Source: a phage
Assembly: GCA_030819375.1 (NCBI GenBank)
Contig: GCA_030819375.1_4699.1
Length of the DNA: 38,456 nucleotides
Strand: one strand, 5' to 3'
Below are positions 8,350-16,898 of this stretch, in pieces. Below the pieces are notes generated by a model, which was not told the origin of the DNA, searched no databases, and worked only from the letters and a program-made list of their open reading frames with translations. Numbering within the stretch: position 1 is the first letter of the stretch; every line of letters starts with the position of its first letter. The position numbers and the translations under genes are program-made.

Positions 8350-9033
8350 ATGTATAAATTAGTATTGAATGTAGGTGATTATGTTCGTAACATCAATGTA
8401 ACCTCACGTAGATATCGTTGCCGTGGTACTGTGACTAATGTAAGTGAAAACAGCTACTATGTAGAGTACAGTAATGGTATTAGACAGGCTTATCAAAAGG
8501 AATCAGCACATAACTACCTTGAGAAGATTGGAGAGGTAAGCAATCAATGTAAGTGCGTACACGATGAGATTTGCGATAAGTGTGCCCGCCAGCTGCATAA
8601 AATGCTATTATACCCTCTTCGCTATGGTGCTGGTGTTCAAACATTAGCAGAGGCATATGGCAAAAGTAAGACCACACTCAAGAAAGAGCGCCGCAATGTA
8701 ATCACTGGTAAGACTCAAAGTGAAATGATTAAACTATGTGGCACTGCATTAGGTGTTACGCAGTTTAATACTCGTTCATTGGGTAAATCCACAGGGCAAG
8801 CTATGGTGAAAGTTGGTGAAGCTATGATGCACCCAAATGTGCCTGTGCGAATCTTGGATGTTGACCATGCAATCACAGAGCATGGCACACCACGGCGTGT
8901 AGCTAATAATCATTTCGCCGACACTATAGAAGGTATTATTCGTAAGCAAGGGTTGCAGGGTCTTCACATCTTAAATGGTGAAGAATTACTGTACCTACCT
9001 ATCGTTACTGAAGAAACATACGTGAATATCTAA
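8350..9033 (+). CDS. Hypothetical protein (~227 aa)
   Basis: ORF track 8344..9033 begins at TTG; first ATG is 8350; no recognisable motif. Confidence 0.55.
   Translation: MYKLVLNVGDYVRNINVTSRRYRCRGTVTNVSENSYYVEYSNGIRQAYQKESAHNYLEKIGEVSNQCKCVHDEICDKCARQLHKMLLYPLRYGAGVQTLAEAYGKSKTTLKKERRNVITGKTQSEMIKLCGTALGVTQFNTRSLGKSTGQAMVKVGEAMMHPNVPVRILDVDHAITEHGTPRRVANNHFADTIEGIIRKQGLQGLHILNGEELLYLPIVTEETYVNI
8912..8932 (+). promoter_or_regulatory. Promoter-like sequence inside a coding region (ATTTCGCCGACACTATAGAAGG)
   Basis: Core GACACTATAGAAG conserved, upstream half divergent; +1 G at 8929. Confidence 0.35.
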
Positions 9034-9043
9034 GGAGTTAATC

Positions 9044-9262
9044 ATGACTAAGGTATTAATTTATATGCGTGGACCTCATAAATGCTATGCAGTTGTAGCA
9101 CCAGATGGTGTTAAGCCCTATAGTACTTCAAAAGGATTGGCATTAATAGGTGCTAGTAGTAGTGCAAGTTTCCAAATGGAACTTTCTGGTCATTTGACTG
9201 AATGGCAATTCCGTGAGGCTTTTAAAGTCATTGGCAGCTTCATGGTGAAATATGCAGAATAA
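9044..9262 (+). CDS. Hypothetical protein (72 aa)
   Basis: AAGGAG RBS; ORF track. Confidence 0.6.
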   Translation: MTKVLIYMRGPHKCYAVVAPDGVKPYSTSKGLALIGASSSASFQMELSGHLTEWQFREAFKVIGSFMVKYAE

Positions 9263-9428
9263 ACATAGTCTTAAAATGTTCGATGGTCATGAAGACCTGC
9301 AAGCCAAGATTACTAACCAAGCCTTCCTGTTCGCACAGGTAACTATGGCTGAGGCCAAGAAGAATAGTCTCACTCGTGAACAGGTTATCAAGGAAAGTGA
9401 AGTGAAACGTAAGATTCGCAGTCGATAA
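9252..9428 (+). CDS. Small hypothetical protein (58 aa), below ORF-track cutoff
   Basis: ATG 9252 overlaps the end of the upstream gene; ORF ends 7 nt before the terminator hairpin; no strong RBS. Confidence 0.3.
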   Translation: MQNKHSLKMFDGHEDLQAKITNQAFLFAQVTMAEAKKNSLTREQVIKESEVKRKIRSR

Positions 9429-9434
9429 GTCAAG

Positions 9435-9466
9435 GGTTGTCTCACGTGTGAGACAGCCTTTTATCA
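9435..9466 (+). terminator. Intrinsic terminator-like hairpin with GTCTCACGTGTGAGAC core (copy 4)
   Basis: Stem ggttgtctca/tgagacagcc (10 bp, one G-U), loop CGTG, followed by TTTTATCAT. Confidence 0.65.
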
Positions 9467-9488
9467 TATTGATTGGAGGATTAACTTT

Positions 9489-9596
9489 ATGAATAACTAC
9501 GACTCTGATTGGGATTTCCAAGATTCAATGCAACCTAAACCAGAAAGGAGGGAGGATGAGTTCGAAACAGATCAAATGTACGAGGATTTTTACTAA
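9489..9596 (+). CDS. Small acidic hypothetical peptide (35 aa) overlapping the HNH start
   Basis: GGAGG RBS 9 nt upstream of ATG 9489; MNNYDSDWDFQDSMQPKPERREDEFETDQMYEDFY. Confidence 0.3.
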   Translation: MNNYDSDWDFQDSMQPKPERREDEFETDQMYEDFY

Positions 9597-10035
9597 CTAC
9601 ATCCTCTACTCTGATGGTCGAGTTCTTAACGAGAAAACAGGGCAATACCTAAGAGGTTACTTAGATAAGGATGGGTATCATATTATGAATATTAAAGGGA
9701 AACACCTTAAAGTTCATAGATTAGTTGCTACTCATTTCATACCTAACCCTAATAATTTACCTGAAGTTAACCATAAAGATCATGACCGTCTAAATAATAA
9801 TGATTGGAATCTAGAGTGGTGTACTCATCAAGATAACAACAAGCATAGTTTGCATTTAGTGATAGCTTCTTGTGCTAAACGCTATGACTTTATATCACCA
9901 CAGGGCGTCCATGTAGAAGTCTATAACCTACGTGAATTTTGTAGGAATAATAACCTACAACAATCTCATATGGTTAAGGTAGCTAAAGGTAAAGTAAGAC
10001 ATCATAAAGGTTGGACTAATTATGCTAGATGTTGA
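9556..10035 (+). CDS. HNH homing endonuclease (159 aa)
   Basis: KVHRLVATHFIPNP...EVNHKDHDRLNNNDWNLEWCTHQDN motif; GGAGGGAGG RBS; sits directly upstream of and overlapping the DNA polymerase start. Confidence 0.85.
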   Translation: MSSKQIKCTRIFTNYILYSDGRVLNEKTGQYLRGYLDKDGYHIMNIKGKHLKVHRLVATHFIPNPNNLPEVNHKDHDRLNNNDWNLEWCTHQDNNKHSLHLVIASCAKRYDFISPQGVHVEVYNLREFCRNNNLQQSHMVKVAKGKVRHHKGWTNYARC

Positions 10036-12568
10036 TTGGAAAGAATTTGGAAAGAATCGCATACTTGTCATGGATGCTGAAAGTAAAGGTCTGCTTGATG
10101 CTATTCGCTATGGTCATCGCGAAGACGTGCACATCATTTGCTGCATGGACTTGCTCACTACCGAGGAGTTCCTATTCTTCGACCCATATGAGATGCGTGA
10201 CCCTGAGGCAAGGGAACGCCTGAAGGAGTGGGAAGGCCATCAAGACGGAACCTTGGTTGATGGTGTTAACTTCCTGAAGCATTGTGAAGCTATTGTGTCA
10301 CAGAACTTCCTAGGATATGACGGTCTTCTCTTTGAGAAAGCATTCCCTGATATTTGGAAAGGCTTTAACTATACCGAGAAGCGCGGTAAGGGCAGACTCC
10401 GTGCTGACCTGTGTCCGGTGCGAGTCATGGATACGCTGGTGATGAGTCGCCTGTTAAACCCCGATAGACGCCTTCCTCCGCAAGCATATGCCAAAGGTAT
10501 GGGTAACGTCGCCCCTCACTCAATTGAGGCGCACGGCATCCGTATAGGTCGCTATAAACCGGAGAACGAGGACTGGTCTAAACTAACTGACCACATGGTT
10601 CACCGTGTACGTGAGGACGTGGCGATTGGTCGTGACTTGTTCCTCTGGCTCTTTAACGGGGAATGGATGGAGCACAAACGCCGTGGCGTGAATAAACGCA
10701 CGGGCCTAGGCATTGAGACAGCCTTCCACATGGAGTCCATTGTGGCGCTGGAGATGAGCCGTCAGGCCGAGCGCGGGTTCCGTCTGGACATCGACAAGGC
10801 TTTGGCCCGATGCGAAGAATTGGACGCTAAGATTGATGAGACAGTCGCAGCGTTCCGCCCTCACATGCCTATGCGTATCAAGTCTAAACCTTTTAAACCG
10901 GAAGAAAAGAATGAAGTATGCCAACGCGCAAATGAGTATGGAGCTAGCAACAATATACCTACTGTCCTTGACCCCTCACACTTTCTTCATGCCGAGAGAC
11001 GAGGAGATCGCAAGACAGTATGGAGTGTCACTACTAAGTCTGGTGATTGGTCGGCTAGTGTCAAGAAAGACTTTCCTCACCTTAGAGGAAACCGTAATGA
11101 CACGCCAAGCATCAAGTGGATTGGCGCTTACTCGCCTGTTACTTTCGAAGAGATTCCCTTGGGTAACAGGGATACAGTTAAGCAAGTGCTCTATGATTAT
11201 GGATGGAAAGGTGCTGAATTTAACGATACCGAGCAAGCGCATCTCGATGAGTACGGAGTGTTACCCAAACCTTGGAGTGGTAAGATAAATGAAAAGTCCC
11301 TTACTTTATGGCAAGAAAGAGCCGCACGTGAAGGTAAAACAGTCCCTGATTGGTGCTTGGGTATCGCTGCATGGTACATACTCGTATCCCGTCGTGGTCA
11401 GATACTCAACCGTGGTGACGTTGAAGCCTTCAACGAGAAGGGAACGTGGCCCTCGCAGGCTGGTGTACGAAAGTGTCGCGGCCTTGTACCTGTAGCATTC
11501 AACAAGGAGCTAGGAATCAATGCGCAGCAATACTACGAGAGGTACGGATGTTGGCCTACGTCTGACAAAGATGACGGAGAGTGGCGTGTTCCAGCTGTTG
11601 CTATTAGCATTGGCACTTCTACGTTCCGTATGCGTCATCGTAACGTGGTCAATATTCCTGCCCGTGGCTTGTATCCTTTACGTGATTTATTCATAGCAGG
11701 GAAAGGCAAGCTAATCCTTGGTTGTGACGGTGCAGGTCTTGAACTGCGTGTCCTGTCTCACTTCATGAATGACCCTGAGTACCAAGAGATTGTACTGCAC
11801 GGTGATATTCATACGCATAACCAGATGAAGGCTGGTCTTCCTAAGCGTGATATGGCGAAGACGTTTATATACGCCTTCCTCTATGGCTCTGGTATAGCCA
11901 ACCTTGCAGCAGTATGTGGTGTTACTGAGGAAGAAATGAAGGAAGTTGTGGCAAGATTCGAGATTGAACTGCCGTCTCTTGCACGTCTTCGTGAGAATGT
12001 TATCGCACAAGGTAACAAGTTTGGCTACCTGCAAGCACCTGATGGGCATTGGGGTCGCATCCGCATGTCTGGTGGTGAACTTAAAGAGCACACGATGCTT
12101 AACGTATTACTCCAGATGACTGGCTCTTTGTGTATGAAATATGCATTAGTCAAGGCATTTGCAGTAATGCGCAAGGAAGGTGTAGCCTTGGACGCTATGG
12201 GAAATCCTTGTGGTGTGGCTAACGTGCATGATGAAATCCAGATGGAAGTTCCTGAAGAGGAGGTCTTGTATCTTAACTACGACCTACCTTTCACCTTAGA
12301 TGGGTTCGAAACAGAGAAGGCTGCCGTGCAAGCAGTGTTCGATGCAGAGGAGAAACGTGTTCATGTGGATTCTGAAGGACGTATGTGGTCTGCTGCAAAC
12401 CTCGTTAGTGTTGATGCTGATGCTGGTGTATTGCATTGCCAGCGCCGTTATCACCGTGCAGGTCATATCATTGCCGACGCCATGACTTGGGCAGGGCAGT
12501 ATCTGAAGATGCGTTGCCCGATGGCAGGCGAATATAAGATTGGCGCAAGTTGGAAGGAAACACACTGA
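10022..12568 (+). CDS. DNA polymerase, family A (T7 gp5-like), 848 aa
   Basis: Exo I motif ILVMDAE, motif B KTFIYAFLYGSG, motif C VHDEIQ; size close to what I recall for SP6-type polymerases. Confidence 0.95.
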   Translation: MLDVDWKEFGKNRILVMDAESKGLLDAIRYGHREDVHIICCMDLLTTEEFLFFDPYEMRDPEARERLKEWEGHQDGTLVDGVNFLKHCEAIVSQNFLGYDGLLFEKAFPDIWKGFNYTEKRGKGRLRADLCPVRVMDTLVMSRLLNPDRRLPPQAYAKGMGNVAPHSIEAHGIRIGRYKPENEDWSKLTDHMVHRVREDVAIGRDLFLWLFNGEWMEHKRRGVNKRTGLGIETAFHMESIVALEMSRQAERGFRLDIDKALARCEELDAKIDETVAAFRPHMPMRIKSKPFKPEEKNEVCQRANEYGASNNIPTVLDPSHFLHAERRGDRKTVWSVTTKSGDWSASVKKDFPHLRGNRNDTPSIKWIGAYSPVTFEEIPLGNRDTVKQVLYDYGWKGAEFNDTEQAHLDEYGVLPKPWSGKINEKSLTLWQERAAREGKTVPDWCLGIAAWYILVSRRGQILNRGDVEAFNEKGTWPSQAGVRKCRGLVPVAFNKELGINAQQYYERYGCWPTSDKDDGEWRVPAVAISIGTSTFRMRHRNVVNIPARGLYPLRDLFIAGKGKLILGCDGAGLELRVLSHFMNDPEYQEIVLHGDIHTHNQMKAGLPKRDMAKTFIYAFLYGSGIANLAAVCGVTEEEMKEVVARFEIELPSLARLRENVIAQGNKFGYLQAPDGHWGRIRMSGGELKEHTMLNVLLQMTGSLCMKYALVKAFAVMRKEGVALDAMGNPCGVANVHDEIQMEVPEEEVLYLNYDLPFTLDGFETEKAAVQAVFDAEEKRVHVDSEGRMWSAANLVSVDADAGVLHCQRRYHRAGHIIADAMTWAGQYLKMRCPMAGEYKIGASWKETH

Positions 12569-12684
12569 TGGATAGGCTTGACATTGTTTACCTCTTCTTC
12601 ACTTTCTTTCTTACACTCCTTATGCTTGCTTGTTATGGGAGTATGAGACTAGATATACCTGATGAAGAAGAGGGTTACGACTAA
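12568..12684 (+). CDS. Small hydrophobic peptide (38 aa), candidate membrane protein
   Basis: ATG overlaps DNAP stop (tgATG); MDRLDIVYLFFTFFLTLLMLACYGSMRLDIPDEEEGYD. Confidence 0.35.
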   Translation: MDRLDIVYLFFTFFLTLLMLACYGSMRLDIPDEEEGYD

Positions 12685-12782
12685 TGCAAACTGCTTTTAT
12701 TATTCTTGGTATCATATTATTTATGGTAGTATTCTGGGCTTTCTCTGGCATTGACCCAGATTGTGATGGTAACTACGACTGA
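12684..12782 (+). CDS. Small hydrophobic peptide (32 aa), similar design to the preceding one
   Basis: taATG overlap; MQTAFIILGIILFMVVFWAFSGIDPDCDGNYD; one TM-like helix then acidic tail ending YD. Confidence 0.35.
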   Translation: MQTAFIILGIILFMVVFWAFSGIDPDCDGNYD

Positions 12783-12791
12783 GTTATACTC

Positions 12792-12813
12792 AAGGTCACT
12801 TACGAGTGGCCTT
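12792..12813 (+). other. Hairpin (stem aaggtcact/agtggcctt, loop UACG) with the same flanks as the 31213 element
   Basis: ttatactcaagg-[hairpin]-cctttatga framework shared with 31204-31246. Confidence 0.35.
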
Positions 12814-12840
12814 TATGAATAACTTAACTAAGGAAATATT

Positions 12841-13101
12841 ATGATTAAATATACTTCTTATCAGTTAACTAAAGACCGTAAGATAGGTATTGAGGTTAAG
12901 GCTTGGGAGCGAGGTCCTATCTCTGGAGTAATAGAGGTGCGTTCCAATGAAGGTATGATGATTAGAAGACACTTTAGTTTCGCTAAATCTACTTGTAAGC
13001 ATTTAACAGAGGAACAATTCTTACATCATATTATTAATAATATTAAAGCCATCCAGCCTTATGCCAAGCAAGTTGTAGGTAATGTCACAGTAGTACATTG
13101 A
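12841..13101 (+). CDS. Hypothetical protein (86 aa)
   Basis: AAGGA RBS; ORF track. Confidence 0.6.
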   Translation: MIKYTSYQLTKDRKIGIEVKAWERGPISGVIEVRSNEGMMIRRHFSFAKSTCKHLTEEQFLHHIINNIKAIQPYAKQVVGNVTVVH

Positions 13102-13123
13102 TTTACTGGACACTATAGAAGGA
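13101..13123 (+). promoter_or_regulatory. Phage-RNAP promoter (ATTTACTGGACACTATAGAAGGA)
   Basis: Consensus copy overlapping the stop codon of the upstream gene; +1 G at 13118. Confidence 0.8.
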
Positions 13124-13187
13124 AAGCCTAGACAATCTAGGTTTATAAGGTAGTATAGGTAATTAAGTAAATATAGGAGAGATAAAT

Positions 13188-13565
13188 ATGTCTATGGTAA
13201 CTACTCTGGTATTCGTAGCTCAATACTTTCGTGGTCTTGCTAATAAGTTCAAGTCCAAGGCTATCAAAGCTATTGAGTCTCGCATCGAGGCAGTACAGGC
13301 AGAGCAAGTTAAAGTTGAAGAACATCGCAGCTCTCAAATGATTGACTGCCATAACCGCCACTATTCATCTCGTGATGACCTTAATGCACGCCAAGTCAAA
13401 GAGGTTGAAGAGATGCTGGCACGTCACCAGCAAGAGCGCGACAGCCTGAAAGCTGAATTTGAAGAGAACAAGGCATCCATCGCCCTTGTACATCAAGCCG
13501 CATCTGACAGCCTGAAGAAAGAGATTGTTATGCTGGAAATTGAGTTAGACAACCTGACCAAATAA
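13188..13565 (+). CDS. Hypothetical protein (125 aa) with short hydrophobic N-terminus and predicted coiled coil
   Basis: AGGAGA RBS; heptad-like charged repeats; no embedded lipoprotein ORF found in the other frames. Confidence 0.65.
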   Translation: MSMVTTLVFVAQYFRGLANKFKSKAIKAIESRIEAVQAEQVKVEEHRSSQMIDCHNRHYSSRDDLNARQVKEVEEMLARHQQERDSLKAEFEENKASIALVHQAASDSLKKEIVMLEIELDNLTK

Positions 13566-13586
13566 TTACTGGACACTATAGAACAA
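13565..13586 (+). promoter_or_regulatory. Phage-RNAP promoter (AATTACTGGACACTATAGAACA)
   Basis: Consensus copy overlapping the stop of the upstream gene; +1 G at 13581. Confidence 0.7.
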
Positions 13587-13642
13587 TAGGTCGGCTTAGT
13601 TCGGCCTATGATTGTGTAGTGTAACAATAGGAGACTAAATAA

Positions 13643-14449
13643 ATGGCACGTGGTGATTTTGATTTTGGTGCTCAGGTTACTAAAGCTGAAGGTAAGGTTT
13701 TTAAGAACCCTGAAGTTGGTGATCATGAAGCAGTAATCTCTGGCATCATTCATGTGGGTTCCTTCCAAGATATCTTTAAGAAAGGTAATACCACTGAAGT
13801 TAAGAAGCCAGCAAACTTTGTTCTTGTTAAGATTGTACTGATGGGTGACGATGACAAGAACGAAGATGATTCTCGCATGGAACAGTGGATGGCTGTGCCT
13901 CTGAAGTCTGGTGACAAGGCAACCTTGACTAAGTTCCTGAATGCAGTTGACCCTAAAGAGCTGCTTGGTGGTTTCGATGACTTCATTGGTGAATGCCTGA
14001 CTGCAACTATGGTTGGCTCTGGCGACAAGAAGGATGATGGTACTTTCAAGTATGTTAACTGGAAAGGCTTTGGCGGTATGCCTGATAAGTTGAAGAAGCT
14101 TGTAATGGCTCAGGTAGAAGAGGAAGGTCTGTCTATGACAGGTCATATCACCTTCGACAAGCTGACCAAAGAAATCCTTGATGACATTCCTGCTAACTTG
14201 GTACGTCAATACTTCCTGAACGAGACACCTCGTGGTAAGAACCTGTCTGTTGCTGGCTCTCACGTAGAAGCTATTATCAAAGCTGCTCGTGAAGAAGACC
14301 CTGAATGGAAGAAGGCTAAGAAGAAAGACGAGGAAGATGCTACTCCAGCTAATCGTAAGTCTCTGGATACTGGCGAGTCTGTTCCACAGGAAGTACCTGA
14401 AGCAGAAGATACTCCTGCACCGGAGATGGATGAGGACGCGGAATATTAA
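13643..14449 (+). CDS. Putative ssDNA-binding protein (gp2.5-like), 268 aa; function inferred
   Basis: Strong RBS (AGGAGA) directly after a promoter; size and acidic C-terminal tail ending in an aromatic residue (...PEMDEDAEY) resemble T7 gp2.5. Confidence 0.45.
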   Translation: MARGDFDFGAQVTKAEGKVFKNPEVGDHEAVISGIIHVGSFQDIFKKGNTTEVKKPANFVLVKIVLMGDDDKNEDDSRMEQWMAVPLKSGDKATLTKFLNAVDPKELLGGFDDFIGECLTATMVGSGDKKDDGTFKYVNWKGFGGMPDKLKKLVMAQVEEEGLSMTGHITFDKLTKEILDDIPANLVRQYFLNETPRGKNLSVAGSHVEAIIKAAREEDPEWKKAKKKDEEDATPANRKSLDTGESVPQEVPEAEDTPAPEMDEDAEY

Positions 14450-14458
14450 GGAGAAAGG

Positions 14459-14677
14459 GTGAAAGTACAAATCGTAACCCTGCACTGCAAGAAGGGTATC
14501 ACAACGCTCGGAGGTGGCACTTTCCACTCTTTCTCCGAAGGGGAGATTTATGCTGACCTGCACTACATCTGGCGCGACGGACAGCACGTGGTGAACTACA
14601 GCGACCCAGCTACGGGGAAACGCCACGGCGTATCGCTTCCGGCGCATGACATTGCTCAGGTGAACACAGTTTTATAA
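14459..14677 (+). CDS. Hypothetical protein (72 aa), GTG start
   Basis: AGGAG 5 nt upstream of GTG 14459; ORF track. Confidence 0.55.
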   Translation: MKVQIVTLHCKKGITTLGGGTFHSFSEGEIYADLHYIWRDGQHVVNYSDPATGKRHGVSLPAHDIAQVNTVL

Positions 14678-14678
14678 A

Positions 14679-14694
14679 GTCTCACGTGTGAGAC
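14679..14694. repeat. GTCTCACGTGTGAGAC hairpin element (copy 5)
   Basis: 6-bp stem with 4-nt loop directly after the stop codon at 14677 and 15 bp upstream of the promoter at 14710. Confidence 0.7.
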
Positions 14695-14709
14695 AAATCG
14701 GTGTCCGGT

Positions 14710-14732
14710 ATTTACTGGACACTATAGAAGAG
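14710..14732 (+). promoter_or_regulatory. Phage-RNAP promoter (ATTTACTGGACACTATAGAAGAG)
   Basis: Perfect consensus; +1 G at 14727. Confidence 0.85.
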
Positions 14733-14782
14733 AAGAATTTTAATCGGCGATAATGCCATAACCAACAAAAGGCGAATTTAAT

Positions 14783-15154
14783 ATGTTCAAGATTGAAACT
14801 ATCGTAAACCGTGTTGTTAAAGGTGCTGCTCTGGTATCCGTTGAGTCTTTCATTATCGTCGATGAAGATGATCAACTGGTAGCTGGTACTAAGGCTTACG
14901 ATACCCGTGAAGAAGCTCAGGCTAAGATTGACAGCATGGGTAACTTCGCTGCTGGTCTGGAGTTCGCTCGTGCTTGCTTCCCTGAGCAGGCTGACAAAGC
15001 TCAGATTGGTAAGGCTAATATCGTAGCTGAATATCTGGATTGGGTTGCTGCTGGTAAACCAATGAAAGAAATTAAGGCTGCTGAAGAAGCTGAAGCTCCA
15101 GCAGAAGAAGTAGCTGCACCGGAAACTCCGGTAAGCGAAGAGGAAGAATTTTGA
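14783..15154 (+). CDS. Acidic hypothetical protein (123 aa) ending ...SEEEEF; gene sits between a promoter and a terminator
   Basis: Promoter 14710 upstream, terminator 15213 downstream; acidic C-terminal tail ending in Phe. Confidence 0.8.
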   Translation: MFKIETIVNRVVKGAALVSVESFIIVDEDDQLVAGTKAYDTREEAQAKIDSMGNFAAGLEFARACFPEQADKAQIGKANIVAEYLDWVAAGKPMKEIKAAEEAEAPAEEVAAPETPVSEEEEF

Positions 15155-15212
15155 TAATAGCAGGTGTTGCCTCTGTTAGTCCTAGCTGACTATCACGCTC
15201 ACCTCATCTAAT

Positions 15213-15246
15213 GCCCTGTCTGCCTTAGTGTAGGCAGGGTCTTTTG
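15213..15246 (+). terminator. Intrinsic terminator (paralog of the post-capsid terminator)
   Basis: gccctgtctgccttagtgtaggcagggtcttttg: GC-rich hairpin then TCTTTTG; near-identical architecture at 24342. Confidence 0.7.
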
Positions 15247-15271
15247 CGTAATAGTTATTGGAGAGTGAATT

Positions 15272-15556
15272 ATGCCGACTATTGAAGAACGTTTCCTGAT
15301 TCACGTAAGCTTCTCTCCCATACATCTTGGTTATCTTATCACTATTCTATTAGGTGAAGAGATTTATCTGCATAACTACTTAATACCAGAGTATGTATGC
15401 CGTCGAGATAAGATACACCCTGCTAATTGGGCGAAGGAGTGGTTGCGTGAACATGTGCTGAAGGAGTGGCCTACATGCGACCAAACTTCGACTTCGGAGC
15501 TACAGTATCGGAAGACAATAATCTCATCCTGTGGCCAACTGAAGGTAATCGAATAG
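15272..15556 (+). CDS. Hypothetical protein (94 aa), overlaps the exonuclease start
   Basis: GGAGAG RBS; ORF track. Confidence 0.4.
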   Translation: MPTIEERFLIHVSFSPIHLGYLITILLGEEIYLHNYLIPEYVCRRDKIHPANWAKEWLREHVLKEWPTCDQTSTSELQYRKTIISSCGQLKVIE

Positions 15557-16503
15557 CTTTAATAGACGCTGATATGCTACCTTACATCATCGGGTATACA
15601 ATCAGTGAAATGACTTATGTACGAGCTACAACTCGTGTTAAGTCAGGACAAGTCCCATCAATCAAAGATACCCCTGAGTGTAAGCAAGCGTGTGACCGTG
15701 TGAACTCCTTGCTTAACTCTTGGGTGTATGCAGCAGAGTGTGATGCAGCTAAGTTATTCATGACGAAATCAGAAGCTAACTTCCGTGTTCGCCTAGCCTT
15801 CACCAAGCCTTATAAAGGTCAACGTAAGACCGAGAAGCCTCCGTTCTTCTATGAATTGCGAGAGCATCTCTTAGAGGTTCATGGTGCAATCTTGGCAGAT
15901 GGAGAAGAGGCTGATGACCTCATGAGCATTGCACAATGGGACAGCCACCGCCGCTTCCAGCAAGATACAGGTAACGAGTTCCCTATCGGTAGTCCAGAGC
16001 ATAAAGCATTCTCTGATACTTGCATCGTTTCATTGGATAAGGATTTGATGATTGTTCCCGGTTGGCACCTTCAGCCGGGACAAGAGAAGAAATGGGTAGA
16101 GCCTATGGGTTGGCTTGAGTTACGCCGTAAGGCTAATGGTCAGGTTAAAGACCTTAAAGGTGCTGGCCTCATGTTTCATTATGCACAGATGATTATCGGT
16201 GATGATATTGATAACTATGCTGGCATACCTGGACGTGGTGCTAAATATGCCTATGACCTTCTCAAAGATTGTAAGACAGAGAAAGGGTTGTACATGGCAG
16301 TGCTTGGTGCTTACAAGGCTAAGTTCGGACATGGACAAGTTAAGATTAAGAATTACCGAGGTGGTTATCGTATCGGCAAGGCTTTTGACCTGATGCTCGA
16401 ATGTGGTCGCCTAGCTCACATGGCAAGATTCAAAGGTGATATATGGCGAGCCGATAAGAACCCAATCTTGTGGGGAGATGATGCGGAATGGTTAGCAAAT
16501 TAA
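15475..16503 (+). CDS. 5'-3' exonuclease (T7 gp6-like)
   Basis: IALIDADMLPYII aligns with T7 gp6 ILVMDGDWLVF; ATG 15475 has AAGGAG 8 nt upstream (track start 15466 is GTG with no spacer). Confidence 0.9.
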   Translation: MRPNFDFGATVSEDNNLILWPTEGNRIALIDADMLPYIIGYTISEMTYVRATTRVKSGQVPSIKDTPECKQACDRVNSLLNSWVYAAECDAAKLFMTKSEANFRVRLAFTKPYKGQRKTEKPPFFYELREHLLEVHGAILADGEEADDLMSIAQWDSHRRFQQDTGNEFPIGSPEHKAFSDTCIVSLDKDLMIVPGWHLQPGQEKKWVEPMGWLELRRKANGQVKDLKGAGLMFHYAQMIIGDDIDNYAGIPGRGAKYAYDLLKDCKTEKGLYMAVLGAYKAKFGHGQVKIKNYRGGYRIGKAFDLMLECGRLAHMARFKGDIWRADKNPILWGDDAEWLAN

Positions 16504-16898
16504 AATCATCGGAGGTAGCAGCTTATAAGAGGGAATTGCTAGAGAAGCAAGGATGGAAGTGCCCCCTATGTGGCGGCAGTCTCAAGGCTGTTACTCCTAT
16601 AAACCGTGTACTTGACCATGACCATGAGACAGGATTCTGCCGTGCTGTTGTATGCCGAGGCTGCAATGGTGCAGAAGGAAAGATTAAGGGTGTTATCTCT
16701 GGTTATGGTAAGGCTGGTAACAACCGTTACTTCCAGCTTCAATGGTTAGAGCGACTATATGAATACTGGAAGTTACATAGTACGCCTCAGACAGATAAGT
16801 TATATCACAAACACCAAACGGAGGCAGAGAAGCGCGAGGCTAAGAACCGTAAGGCACGCCTTGCTTATGCAAGAAAGAAGGAGGTTAAAGTTGGGTAA
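16488..16898 (+). CDS. Endonuclease VII-type Holliday junction resolvase (136 aa)
   Basis: CPLCGG...LDHDHETGFCRAVVCRGCNGAEG matches the T4 endo VII zinc-binding/H-N-H signature. Confidence 0.9.
   Translation: MVSKLKSSEVAAYKRELLEKQGWKCPLCGGSLKAVTPINRVLDHDHETGFCRAVVCRGCNGAEGKIKGVISGYGKAGNNRYFQLQWLERLYEYWKLHSTPQTDKLYHKHQTEAEKREAKNRKARLAYARKKEVKVG

Noticed and set aside
13188-13565. Possible spanin (Rz-like) assignment for the 125-aa coiled-coil protein
   Set aside because: The N-terminal hydrophobic stretch is too short for a confident TM anchor and no embedded lipoprotein (Rz1-like) ORF with a lipobox was found in the alternative frames.
13493-14647. 384-aa ORF on the minus strand
   Set aside because: Antisense to the well-supported SSB-like gene and neighbours; no promoter or RBS context; low-complexity translation; all supported genes and promoters are on the + strand.
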